Positions 1-9,410 of a stretch of 64,000 nucleotides of DNA are shown piece after piece. The stretch is taken from assembly GCA_963663405.2 (NCBI GenBank), contig CAXXSM010000053.1, positions 64,001-128,000 of the forward strand. The letters are read 5' to 3'. The position numbers and the translations under genes were made by a program. Numbering within the stretch: position 1 is the stretch's first letter; each line of letters starts with the position of its first letter. This stretch comes from a bacterium (GTDB lineage: Bacteria; Hinthialibacterota; Hinthialibacteria; Hinthialibacterales; Hinthialibacteraceae). The notes beneath the pieces were generated by a model, which saw nothing but the letters and a program-made list of their open reading frames with translations, searched no databases and was not told where the DNA came from.

Positions 1-153
1 GAGAGAAATAGTCTCGATCCAGATGGATTCGGCGCCGGATGGCTGGAAGCGCTTTACTTTCCGAACAATCTGGTGTTTGATGAATTGTATATCCTGCAAT
101 ACAATCAGCCGAAAAACGCTCAGCATAAAACTCTATGGAAAAAGGAGAGAATC

Positions 154-1581
154 ATGCCCCAAACGACTCGGCGGAATTTTCTGAAAAGTTCTTTAGCATT
201 CGCGGGAACGGCATTCGCAATTAATGGATCGGCGAATAAAATCCTTGGCGCCAACGACACAATTCGCATGGCTGTGACGGGGATTCATGGACGCGGTGGA
301 AGCCATATCAGCGAATTTCAAAAGATGAAAGGAGTTGAGATCGTCTGTCTGGTCGATCCAGACGCTCGTACGTTTCCTGACCGTGTTAAACAAGTAGAGG
401 ATCTTGGTGGCAAAACTCCAAAAACGTATCAAGACATCCGGAAAGCTCTAAAAGCGGAAGACCTGGATTGTCTTAGCATCGCCAATACCAACCATTGGCA
501 TTCATTATCCGCGATTTGGGGCTGCCAGGCGGGATTGGATGTGTATGTAGAGAAACCCTGCAGTCACAATATCCATGAGGGCCGCATTCTCGTCGAGACC
601 GCCCGGAAATATAACCGTATCGTGCAACACGGCACTCAAAGCCGGAGTGAGAGGGGTTGGCATCAGGTCGCGGAGATTGTAAAAAAAGGAACCTATGGCA
701 AATTGCTCATATCCCGTGGACTCTGTTATAAGAGACGGGACAGCATTGGATTCAAGCCAAATGGAACTCCTCCACCGGAATTGAATTTCGATCTCTGGTT
801 GGGACCTGCGCCCGAACAGCCATACAACACAAATCTCGTCCATTACAACTGGCACTGGTTCTGGGATTTCGGTAGTGGAGATATTGGAAACCAGGGCGTG
901 CATCAAATGGATATCGCACGATGGATGATCCCCGGCGCGAAACTGCCAAAAAGTGTGATCAGCTTGGGTGGACGGTTCGGCTACAAAGATCAGGCGCAAA
1001 CCCCCAATACCATGATTTCCGTGTTTGATTATGGAGAAACCCAGATCATTTTTGAAGTGCGTGGATTGCCTACGCCGAAATATTATGGATCAGACCGGCA
1101 AGTGATGCATTTCGAGGAAGGCGTTGTCGTCAACAATAAATTCTATCCGAATGGTTCCCAACAACCGCAGGATCTTCCCCGAATGGATGTGGAACTGGGA
1201 CCGGGCGGCAACCATTTCAGCAACTTCATCGCCGCTGTCCGCAGCCGCAAACGTTCAGACCTTAATGCGGAGATCTTGGAAGGTCATCTCTCCAGCGCGC
1301 ATTGCCACTTGGCGAACATCTCCTATCGCTTAGGGGAGGAAGTTCCGTTCAATCCTAGAACGAAGGTTTTCGGCGACAACAAAGAAGCCTATGAGACACT
1401 GGGCCGTATGGAAGAACATCTCAAAGAGAATGGCGTCAATCTGGCTGAAACAACGTGCCGCGTCGGTCCGAAATTGATCGTTGACGAAGAGAATGAAAAG
1501 ATCGTTAACAACGAGAAAGCCAACAAATTATTGACGCGAGACTATCGCAAACCGTTTGTTGTTCCCGATAAGGTTGTCTAA
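154..1581 (+). CDS. Tat-exported Gfo/Idh/MocA family oxidoreductase
   Basis: ATG at 154 after an AAGGAG RBS (the track start at 73 is too long). TRRNFLK Tat motif, GIHGRG Rossmann loop, VYVEKP, WLGPAP, NQGVHQMD. Confidence 0.9.
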   Translation: MPQTTRRNFLKSSLAFAGTAFAINGSANKILGANDTIRMAVTGIHGRGGSHISEFQKMKGVEIVCLVDPDARTFPDRVKQVEDLGGKTPKTYQDIRKALKAEDLDCLSIANTNHWHSLSAIWGCQAGLDVYVEKPCSHNIHEGRILVETARKYNRIVQHGTQSRSERGWHQVAEIVKKGTYGKLLISRGLCYKRRDSIGFKPNGTPPPELNFDLWLGPAPEQPYNTNLVHYNWHWFWDFGSGDIGNQGVHQMDIARWMIPGAKLPKSVISLGGRFGYKDQAQTPNTMISVFDYGETQIIFEVRGLPTPKYYGSDRQVMHFEEGVVVNNKFYPNGSQQPQDLPRMDVELGPGGNHFSNFIAAVRSRKRSDLNAEILEGHLSSAHCHLANISYRLGEEVPFNPRTKVFGDNKEAYETLGRMEEHLKENGVNLAETTCRVGPKLIVDEENEKIVNNEKANKLLTRDYRKPFVVPDKVV

Positions 1582-1610
1582 ACAATTGACTGATTGGAGT
1601 AAAATTGTTG

Positions 1611-1637
1611 GGGCAGGCTTTATGCCTGCCCTTTTTT
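1611..1637 (+). terminator. Intrinsic terminator between convergent genes
   Basis: GGGCAGGC-5 nt loop-GCCTGCCC followed by TTTTTT. Confidence 0.8.
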
Positions 1638-1682
1638 CCTGCCCATCCGGCAGGATGTTTTATAGAACTTTCGCGTTTTCGT

Positions 1683-3095
1683 TTACGGGAAGATCCCCAA
1701 TTCCAAATACGTAAACGCTATCTTGTTGATAGCGTTGATAAAAGAAGCCGTGCGTAAATCGATATCATCGTCAATCTGTTTTTTGATTTCCCGGATCTCC
1801 CGGTAGGCGGAGATCATCGTCTCTTCCAAACCGGAGTTGACTAGGTCTCTTTCATCCGCTCCGTGGGCGAGCTGGGTGAATCTGTCCGAATCGATTTTCT
1901 TCCCGGTGAGAGATTCCACTTCGCGTAGAATCTGGGAGGTCGAGTTTTCTTCAAATCGTTTATTCATGCGCCCAAAACGGACGTGGGATAGATTTTTAAG
2001 CCATTCAAAATAGGAAACCGTCACCCCTCCCGCGTTTAAAAACATATCCGGAACAATGAGGATGCCTTTTTTCAAGAGAATCTCATTGGCAGCGGCGGTG
2101 AGTGGCCCATTGGCGGCTTCACCGATGATCTTGGCTTGAATCCGATCAGCGTTCGCTTTCGTGATTTGTTTTTCCAGCGCGGCGGGAATAAGGATATCAC
2201 ATTCCAGTTCCAACGCGTCGGCGGAGTTGGGGATATTCGTGGCGCCGGGAAAGTCCAGGATCGATCCCGTTTCCCTGCGATGTTCTAAGACTTTATTTAC
2301 ATCCAATCCCAGTTCGCTGTAGATCGCGCCTTCATATTCCGCCAATCCAATAAGACGGACGCCTTCCTGTTGGAAGAATTTCGCCGCGAATGATCCGACG
2401 TTGCCTAATCCCTGAACGACCATCCGTTTACCTTCGATCCCCGTAGATAAACCAATTGGCCGCATATCTTCTTCAAATCGGCAGACCTCACGTATCCCAA
2501 AAAAGACACCGCGTCCTGTCGCTTCCAAGCGGCCGTTCACACCTCCCAAAGGGATTGGTTTTCCCGTGACGCAGGCCAGCGCGTCCAAGGATCCGGAATT
2601 CATCTGTTTGTATGTGTCCACCATCCAGGACATCTCATGCTGACCGGTTCCATAATCCGGGGCGGGCACATCAATACCGGGACCGATGAAATTCTTTTTG
2701 ATCAATTCAAATGTATATCGGCGGGTGATCCGTTCCCGTTCGGATTGCGAATATTGCTCGTGGTCGATGCGCACACCACCTTTGGCCCCACCGAAGGGTA
2801 CGTCCACGACGGCGCATTTATAGGTCATCAACGCCGCCAGCGCCATGATTTCATCTTCATTCACATGAGCGGCGTATCGAAAACCGCCTTTTGTAGGGAG
2901 TTTGTGATGGCTGTGTTCCGCTCTCCAAGCGTGCACAACTTCCATACGTCCATCATCCCGTTTAACCGGGAACGTCAGGTGATAGACGCCTTTGCAGGAT
3001 TTGATAAGATCAAGCAGGCCAGTAGGATGCCGCGTATACGGCGCCGCCTTGTCAAAATTCAGATTGACTTGTTCAAAAAAACGTATCGTTTCCAT
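1683..3095 (-). CDS. gdh: Glu/Leu/Phe/Val dehydrogenase (glutamate dehydrogenase)
   Basis: [57 protein letters not shown]. Probable start METIRFF at 3095 with an AAGGAG RBS. Confidence 0.93.
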   Translation of the reverse strand: METIRFFEQVNLNFDKAAPYTRHPTGLLDLIKSCKGVYHLTFPVKRDDGRMEVVHAWRAEHSHHKLPTKGGFRYAAHVNEDEIMALAALMTYKCAVVDVPFGGAKGGVRIDHEQYSQSERERITRRYTFELIKKNFIGPGIDVPAPDYGTGQHEMSWMVDTYKQMNSGSLDALACVTGKPIPLGGVNGRLEATGRGVFFGIREVCRFEEDMRPIGLSTGIEGKRMVVQGLGNVGSFAAKFFQQEGVRLIGLAEYEGAIYSELGLDVNKVLEHRRETGSILDFPGATNIPNSADALELECDILIPAALEKQITKANADRIQAKIIGEAANGPLTAAANEILLKKGILIVPDMFLNAGGVTVSYFEWLKNLSHVRFGRMNKRFEENSTSQILREVESLTGKKIDSDRFTQLAHGADERDLVNSGLEETMISAYREIREIKKQIDDDIDLRTASFINAINKIAFTYLELGIFP

Positions 3096-3379
3096 TAAAA
3101 TCCTGCTCCTTTCGAACACAGAATCATACATGTGACCTTATTGAAAGTGTAACCTCTATGTATTGAAATAAAGTTTGTTACGATTGACAATACCATAGTG
3201 TATAAAATATATAAAGACAATTGTATTGCCAAAGATATAAATTACTATAACATATTGCAGATATCTCATTTATAATGATTTATTGCTTTTATATAATAGT
3301 TGATGAACGAACTTTTAGAGTTACTTTTGTGAAACACTAAAGGTATTATAACTGCTTAGTTCACTTTAGGTATAAAAGT

Positions 3380-4600
3380 ATGATAACTGGTATGAGTTCA
3401 CTTGCTGACTCTGTTGGATTTGATTTAATCACCTCCGGTTTAAGTAAAGATATCGAGTCTGCGCTACAATTTGCGTTGACAGGCCATGCGGTATTTGAAA
3501 GCGGGAACGATCCTCTTATTATTTTTCAGCATGCGCTCGCTGCCTCCATCCGTGACATTGAGTTACACCCACGGGGTCGGTTATTTCAGGAGTTCCTACG
3601 AAAAGGTCCTTATGAGGATATTGGGGAGATTCCGGTAGAATTGGCCGGACAACGTCTCTCCGACGCGGATACAGCAGCCGTCATCACCTTCATCTTCTCG
3701 CATATGGTGAACTGCTTCAAAGGAACTATTGCTGAATTACTGGCGGCCAAACCGTGCTTGAAACTGTTGAAACAGTTCCAAAGGAACAAGGATCTTCCTA
3801 GAAACACACGGCTCTATATTGGTGATTCAGTTCGCGTCCATACCACAAACCGAAAATTCCTGCTCAAGGGCGCTGACTTGCACTTTATAATCGAGGAATA
3901 TAAGGAGAACTCCATCCCATGTGTTACCGTTGTGGGTGTAGCAGAGGTTAAATCATACATCTGTTCTGAACGACGTCTGCGTAAACAACTTGATAATCAC
4001 ATACGGCGGGAAAAGGAAGGCCTTCTGATCGGTGATAAGGACTATCCTGTCGGGAGGGTCAATATGGGCTATGGGAAGAACCAGCAGATTATACGCATTG
4101 CTGTTCTGCCTAGTGGTTGGATACTTCCGCGTTCATTCCAGTTCATTGAGTCTGAGAGTGGCCGCAGGCTTCATGTAGATGCAGGTAAACCGCTGCGTAA
4201 GGACGACGAAATCACTCAGATCGGGGATAACGAATGGCGTATTACTCTGAAATGGTCGCAGGAGGCGTTGGCCGAGGCTGCCTTCGAGATGACCTTCTGG
4301 TATATGGAGAAGATCGGCGAGGTAATCTACTCGAAATCCGTACCGAAGGAATGGGAGGAAATGACGCCAGCTGAGGCTGGACGCAATGCAGCAAAGATGA
4401 TGCTCTACTACTCGATTTTCCGTTGCCGTACTATCCGGGAGGAGCAACGGGCTATTGCTCTCTACAACTGCTATGGATTCGGTTATTCGCTTGGCATGAA
4501 TTACAAGAACGAAGAAGGAAGGCGCGAAATGCTTTGGCCCCAGGATCTGGATGAGATCCTCTCTGCAGGCAAGACTGATAGTGGGTGTATTTTGCGATAA
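3380..4600 (+). CDS. Hypothetical protein with a possible PD-(D/E)xK nuclease fold
   Basis: 406-aa ORF behind an AT-rich spacer. AELLA ... GADL ... VAEVKSY fits the E...D...ExK arrangement. Confidence 0.6.
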   Translation: MITGMSSLADSVGFDLITSGLSKDIESALQFALTGHAVFESGNDPLIIFQHALAASIRDIELHPRGRLFQEFLRKGPYEDIGEIPVELAGQRLSDADTAAVITFIFSHMVNCFKGTIAELLAAKPCLKLLKQFQRNKDLPRNTRLYIGDSVRVHTTNRKFLLKGADLHFIIEEYKENSIPCVTVVGVAEVKSYICSERRLRKQLDNHIRREKEGLLIGDKDYPVGRVNMGYGKNQQIIRIAVLPSGWILPRSFQFIESESGRRLHVDAGKPLRKDDEITQIGDNEWRITLKWSQEALAEAAFEMTFWYMEKIGEVIYSKSVPKEWEEMTPAEAGRNAAKMMLYYSIFRCRTIREEQRAIALYNCYGFGYSLGMNYKNEEGRREMLWPQDLDEILSAGKTDSGCILR

Positions 4601-4649
4601 ACGCATTGAACAGCATTAAAAGACAATGTTAAATCATTTATCACAAAAA

Positions 4650-4682
4650 TCTCCCCGAATATAATTATAGTATTCGGGGAGA
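4650..4682. terminator. Hairpin between convergent genes, probable terminator
   Basis: Perfect 12-bp stem TCTCCCCGAATA / TATTCGGGGAGA. Confidence 0.7.
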
Positions 4683-4704
4683 ATACATTTACGTATCTGA
4701 TGGT

Positions 4705-5907
4705 CTATTCGGCCGGAAATTCTTGTATGCTGACAGGATTTGTCATTGTGTATGGGCCGTGGAAGAACGGCGCGCCGCTGGATGTTAATATGTACGCGAT
4801 GAAAATATACTCTTGGTTGAATTCAGGGCCGCCCCGGAATATCGGAACGGTCCAGTTCGCGCCCGCTCTCCATTCATAGGAGAGATCGCCGCCCGTCCGG
4901 CTTAGAAATTGAAAATGTTCTCCACCGTCAAGGCTGATGTAGAAATGAACGTCTTTCACGTCCGATGGATCGTGTCCACACGCTTCGTCGATGATGTGAA
5001 TGGCCAACGCTTTGTCGTCCGCTGTGTCATAATCTTCATTCTCTGGGATATCTTCACTTGATAATAGATCGTCCGTGACTTGGATAGATGGCGCGAGTGA
5101 GAGGCGGACAGGCGCGGTCGTGTCGAAGGGACCGTGGAAAAATGGATCGCCGCTGGTGGTTAACGCGAAGATACGGAACTGGTACGTTTTCCCGAATTCC
5201 GGTCCATTCCAGAAATCGAGTGATAGGCCTGATGAAAAGGCTTTCCATTCAAATGATGTGGCGCCGCCATTGCCTGTGTGGCCTAGATATGCGTATTCTT
5301 CGCTTTCATCGATACTCACATAGATATGAACATCTTGGATCAATTCGACAAGCGAACCTAAATTCCACCGGATCACCAATTCCCGGTTAGCGGTCATGTC
5401 GAAATCTTCATTCCCGCTCAGATCGTTCCATGATTGTAAGCAATCCGTGACGGTTACTTGATACAGTGGAATGGGATCGAAGAGTTCTTCTTTTAAAGTA
5501 AAAGGTTGAGTGACTCCCCATGCGCCGTAGATGTAACCATGCACATCTCCATCTTGGACAACCGTGTCGCTCGCGCCCACCATGGACATTTCCCATTGAC
5601 TGCCCGCATTCAAAATGTTGAAATTCCAAAAACGCCCATCCGGATCGCCGAAACAATCGTCCGCTGGTTGGCCCTCGCCGTCGATCGCGCAGATCGCTGT
5701 GCCAAAAAATGACTCGCTTATAATGAGATCCAGTCCGCTTCGCTGCAACAGTTCCAGGCCCGTTATTGTTTCGCTCTCAAATTCGATGACCTTAATAACC
5801 CGAACGCCATCGCTGTGATCTACGACTAATCCCGCCTGGTTGACCGCGCCCGCCATAGCGGGGAACAACAAAAATACTCCCACACAGATTACCGCATACT
5901 TTTTCAT
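4705..5907 (-). CDS. Secreted protein with a transcobalamin-like (DUF4430-like) N-terminal domain and two 124-aa repeats; putative cobalamin-binding protein
   Basis: Signal peptide ending AMAGA. The pattern GLELL...FGTAICAIDG...FWNF...WEMSMVGASDTVVQDGD...Y resembles DUF4430. Lies directly downstream of a B12 riboswitch. Confidence 0.75.
   Translation of the reverse strand: MKKYAVICVGVFLLFPAMAGAVNQAGLVVDHSDGVRVIKVIEFESETITGLELLQRSGLDLIISESFFGTAICAIDGEGQPADDCFGDPDGRFWNFNILNAGSQWEMSMVGASDTVVQDGDVHGYIYGAWGVTQPFTLKEELFDPIPLYQVTVTDCLQSWNDLSGNEDFDMTANRELVIRWNLGSLVELIQDVHIYVSIDESEEYAYLGHTGNGGATSFEWKAFSSGLSLDFWNGPEFGKTYQFRIFALTTSGDPFFHGPFDTTAPVRLSLAPSIQVTDDLLSSEDIPENEDYDTADDKALAIHIIDEACGHDPSDVKDVHFYISLDGGEHFQFLSRTGGDLSYEWRAGANWTVPIFRGGPEFNQEYIFIAYILTSSGAPFFHGPYTMTNPVSIQEFPAE
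4730..5457 (-). repeat. Two tandem protein-level repeats of about 124 aa
   Basis: VTVTD..SWNDLSGNEDFD..DVHIYVSID..YLGHTG..FEW..GPEFGKTYQF..ALTTSGDPFFHGPF versus IQVTD..SSEDIPENEDYD..DVHFYISLD..FLSRTG..YEW..GPEFNQEYIF..ILTSSGAPFFHGPY. Units start at 5457 and 5085. Confidence 0.85.
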
Positions 5908-5983
5908 TCGAATATTTCTCCTTTTCTATGATGCGTGGAGTGAGGAGGGGGGCAAACTCGGAATGTGTAACCGGCGCCGGAGG

Positions 5984-6016
5984 AAAAAAAATCCCCGGCG
6001 CCTCAGAGACCGGGGG
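5984..6016 (-). terminator. Intrinsic terminator in the riboswitch expression platform
   Basis: Minus strand reads CCCCGG-11 nt-CCGGGG-A-TTTTTTTT, between the aptamer and the ATG at 5907. Confidence 0.75.
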
Positions 6017-6071
6017 TACGGATCCTACGATCCAACTTGCCACACTCTCAATCCACGAAGAGGCGCCATTT

Positions 6072-6253
6072 CCTTGTGCGGCAGGTTTCCTGACTTACGG
6101 CCTGTATCCTTTCCTCCTTCCCATCCATACAAATGATTAACAGTATTGGACAGTGGATACTGAAAAGGCTTGACCGAATACAGTGGCGGGACCGCGCCGG
6201 ATTCGCACCGGCTTCCCTTTCACATCGCCTTGACAGACGATTACCACACACGG
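6072..6253 (-). ncRNA. Cobalamin (AdoCbl) riboswitch
   Basis: Minus strand reads AAAGGGAAGCCGGTGCGAATCCGGCGCGGTCCCGCCACTGT ... CCACTG ... TGGGAAGG ... AAGTCAGGAAACCTGCC (B12 box). The closing helix CCGTGTGTGG / CCGCACAAGG can pair. Confidence 0.95.
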
Positions 6254-6308
6254 ATTGTCTGCAATAAATATAGATGGTTTGAGGGATTCAATAAAGACCT
6301 ATGAAGGA

Positions 6309-9300
6309 TTAAACATTCCCCTCTTCCACCAGTTTCATGAGTTGTTTCTGTACACTGGTGGGATTGGAGGAATGATGTTCGAACAAGCGTTTGTTGTTTT
6401 CTTCCGCGATGCTTTTCGCTTTTAATATCCCCGGATCGGCGACGGCGTCTGAAGAGAGAGTGAGGATAAGATCCGATTGCTCGACTAATTCCGTGATATC
6501 TTCATCCGCGGCGCCGGTCAGGTTCGCGCGCCAGATCGCTTTGCCCCCCAATTCATCCACGACGCGCAGGTAATCGGCTTCGTTTTTCTCTTCGCCTCCA
6601 AGAAGAAGAATATTTTCTCCATTGTACACGGGTTTGGGCTCGAATCCGTTTTCTTCTTCATCCAACTCATCGAGAATATCCAGATCCAATTCCTCATCGA
6701 GTTGGTCGAGATCTAATTCTTCTTCCAATTCAGCCGCGCCGGTTTCTTCATCTTCAATTTCATCCTCTGGGGATTCGATGGTATCCAGCGCTTCATCCAA
6801 TCCTTCTAAATCCAATCCATCCAGATCGATTTCTTCATCGCCCAAATCTTCTTCTTCTTCGGTTTCTTCAAGTTCCGATAAATCATCACTGGTGGCTTCA
6901 TCCCCAAGGATGTCCTCAACGTTTTCGTCCAGCTCAGCAGTGAGAATATCCAAATCCTCTAGAGCGATTTCTTCTTCGACGGCATCTTCATTTTCACCAT
7001 TGGAGATCATTGCGTCGAGCGCGTCTAAATCCAATTCGGTTTCCTCTTCGTCACTCTCTTCACTCACTATTTCCGGCGCTATTTCCTCCAGAGCCGTCTC
7101 CGGCTCCACGAGTTCTTCTTCGGGTGATTCTGCCACCGGGATTGTGGGCGCTGGTTCTGTTTCCATAACCAATTCACTGGATTCAACTTCGTCCGAGGAA
7201 ATATCTTCTATAGGAATAGTTTCTTCGATTGTTACTTCCTTCATTGGCAGCGCTGAGGATTCTTTTGTTACCAGTGAGAGTCTCTCTTCAAGAGAATTGA
7301 TTCGCTCTTGAAGCGTCTGAAATTGTTCGCTGATTGAATCGATGTCTTTCTCTTGAAGAGCTTGCAATTGTTTATTGATTGAACCGAGGTCTTTTTCTTG
7401 AAGAGCGTGCAATTGTTTATTGATTGAACCGAGGTCTTTTTCTTGAAGCGTTTGCAGTTGTTTATTGATTGACTCGGTAATCGTTTCCTGCAGAGTAGAC
7501 AGTGTCTCTTGAAGGGTTTGTATTTGTTCGCTCATCGCGATCAAGTCGATTTCCCGCTCCGCCGAATAACTTTGGATTTCCGCTTGGAGAGTTGAATCCA
7601 CCCACGCGGGTAAGGTGACCTGTGTATGAGGATTTTTGATTACGATAACCCCTTGCTTTTGACTGACGAAGGTTACGATTCCTTCTTTGAGCAGATCTGG
7701 ATCAGGGACGATTTCCACCGGTTCGTCATACACTCTCGACAGAGCGGATTGCAGACTCACTGGTGAGATACAGACCGGTTCTTCGCTATCGGGCGCGATC
7801 TCCTCCGCTTGCTGGATAACGTAATGAGGGCCATATAAGATTCTAACTCCACAGCGCTTGCCAACAACAACGATTTTATCTTCTTGAACAAGATTTGAGT
7901 CGGCGACGAGTTGGATTGGCTCGTTAAAAATACGTTCACATGCTTGTTGCAGTGATGAGAGAGAAATCTCGACTCCCCCCAGCGCAACCATGTTTTCTTT
8001 GGGAGGAATGTCCGCCGGTTTCTCCATCTCGCCAGTCATGGTTTCTTCCACAAATTCGGGGGTGGGTTCCTCCACGGATTCGGGGATGGAATCCTCCATA
8101 AACTTGGCTAGGAGTTCCTCTGGAATTTCTGTGATGGACTCCTCGATCTGTATTTCTTCTGGAATTTCTTCTATTTCAATCTCTGATTCTATGGAAACCG
8201 ATTCCGTGTCACCACCGCTGGAGATATCGGATTCTTGAAGTTCCGATTCGATACTGTCGATTACATCTTCATCAAATAGCGCTTCATCCAATTCCTCATC
8301 GTCTTCCAGTTCTATATCCGTAATATCATCAGCGGATTGTAATACGGATTCGATCTCGCTGAAATCTTCTTCAGAGATATCCAAACCTAGAACGCCATTT
8401 GTTTCATTTTCTTCCTCACCCAAATCCAGCGGATGTTGAATTTTGGTTTCTTCCTGTTCTTCCTCATCGGCCAAAGAAGCGATGAGTTCGTCCACATCAT
8501 CAACTTCACCGGCCGATTCCAAACCCATATCTTCCACGGATTCTTCTTCAAGAGCGCTTAAATCCAAATCCAGTGTTTCCTCCTCTTCCGGCTCCATGTC
8601 CTCATCCCAATCTTCTTCAGTGATTGATATTTCTTCTTCGCTGTCATCACTCGTCAATTCTGCGATCAGGCTGTCCAGTTCTTTATCATCTTCGAAAACT
8701 TTCAATTCTTTTTTGCCGGGTTTGTATTCTTCCTCTGTCTCATCACTCGATTCGGACGTTGTTTCAAGAATCTCTTCGATCTCGTCGTCATCGAGTTCAA
8801 TGTCTTCTATTGTTTCGTCGATTTCTGGGATTGTGTCCTCATCGATTAATTCCTCGATCTCGATATCTTCAAAATCGAGACTCTCATCTAGCGTCTCTTC
8901 TTGTATTTCTTCCGGGGAAGTGGTCTCTTCTCTTCTTAATTCAGGAATGGTTTCGGGTTCCGCATCCGCTGTATAAGGGGGTTCCACATTTTGTAAGCGT
9001 CTTGCGATATCTCCCGCTAGATTACGCGCTCCGATCCGGTCGTCACGCATCAGTGACCAGACAATCAATCCGAGTGTCCGTCCCGGTTCCAGAAATTCGA
9101 TCGACAGGCTGTTTCGCAATTCCCGGAGATTCATGGAGTGAATTTTACTCTGCTGCCGTTCCGATTCATTATCCAAGGTCTGTGAGAGAGTTAATCCCGC
9201 GTCCTCTTCACAGAGAATCGCTTCCACAGCCGCATTATATAAATCGTTTCCTTCCGAGTCGATCTGCAGGATACTCTGGAGTTTTTGCCGGGTAAAACAG

Positions 9301-9335
9301 TTTTTGAGAATAAGGTTAAGTTCCGGGGTTTCCAT
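6309..9335 (-). CDS. 1008-aa highly acidic protein with a C-terminal DUF2325-like domain
   Basis: Long E/D-rich low-complexity tracts and a central coiled coil. The C-terminal ILLLGG...SDLILTL..AV....LKAK.IA domain resembles DUF2325. Confidence 0.75.
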   Translation of the reverse strand: METPELNLILKNCFTRQKLQSILQIDSEGNDLYNAAVEAILCEEDAGLTLSQTLDNESERQQSKIHSMNLRELRNSLSIEFLEPGRTLGLIVWSLMRDDRIGARNLAGDIARRLQNVEPPYTADAEPETIPELRREETTSPEEIQEETLDESLDFEDIEIEELIDEDTIPEIDETIEDIELDDDEIEEILETTSESSDETEEEYKPGKKELKVFEDDKELDSLIAELTSDDSEEEISITEEDWDEDMEPEEEETLDLDLSALEEESVEDMGLESAGEVDDVDELIASLADEEEQEETKIQHPLDLGEEENETNGVLGLDISEEDFSEIESVLQSADDITDIELEDDEELDEALFDEDVIDSIESELQESDISSGGDTESVSIESEIEIEEIPEEIQIEESITEIPEELLAKFMEDSIPESVEEPTPEFVEETMTGEMEKPADIPPKENMVALGGVEISLSSLQQACERIFNEPIQLVADSNLVQEDKIVVVGKRCGVRILYGPHYVIQQAEEIAPDSEEPVCISPVSLQSALSRVYDEPVEIVPDPDLLKEGIVTFVSQKQGVIVIKNPHTQVTLPAWVDSTLQAEIQSYSAEREIDLIAMSEQIQTLQETLSTLQETITESINKQLQTLQEKDLGSINKQLHALQEKDLGSINKQLQALQEKDIDSISEQFQTLQERINSLEERLSLVTKESSALPMKEVTIEETIPIEDISSDEVESSELVMETEPAPTIPVAESPEEELVEPETALEEIAPEIVSEESDEEETELDLDALDAMISNGENEDAVEEEIALEDLDILTAELDENVEDILGDEATSDDLSELEETEEEEDLGDEEIDLDGLDLEGLDEALDTIESPEDEIEDEETGAAELEEELDLDQLDEELDLDILDELDEEENGFEPKPVYNGENILLLGGEEKNEADYLRVVDELGGKAIWRANLTGAADEDITELVEQSDLILTLSSDAVADPGILKAKSIAEENNKRLFEHHSSNPTSVQKQLMKLVEEGNV
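7306..7472 (-). repeat. 45-bp (15-aa) in-frame tandem repeat, about 3.7 copies
   Basis: TCTTGAAG recurs at 7306, 7351, 7396 and 7441. Units encode SINKQLQTLQEKDLG-type sequences. Confidence 0.9.
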
Positions 9336-9410
9336 GTTCAGGTTACTTCCTTTTCTCCCTCAGCGGCTGATATCCGGCTTGTCCAAGGCCGATACATGAT
9401 GATTGTCACG

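Noticed and set aside
3130-3380. Sigma70 promoter at TTGACA (3184-3189)
   Set aside because: There is no good -10 hexamer at 16-18 bp spacing, and AT-rich DNA produces many spurious matches.
4705-4740. C-terminus PVSIQEFPAE as a variant of the W-tail motif
   Set aside because: It aligns with the end of the first internal repeat (PVRLSL) and lacks the Trp.
7306-7472. Possible CRISPR array or DGR repeat
   Set aside because: These are contiguous in-frame coding repeats with no spacers, and there is no cas or reverse transcriptase gene in the window.
6622-8976. Long Ser-rich ORFs on the + strand (6622..7311, 7990..8238, 8443..8976)
   Set aside because: They are antisense shadows of the Glu/Asp codons in the 1008-aa acidic gene.
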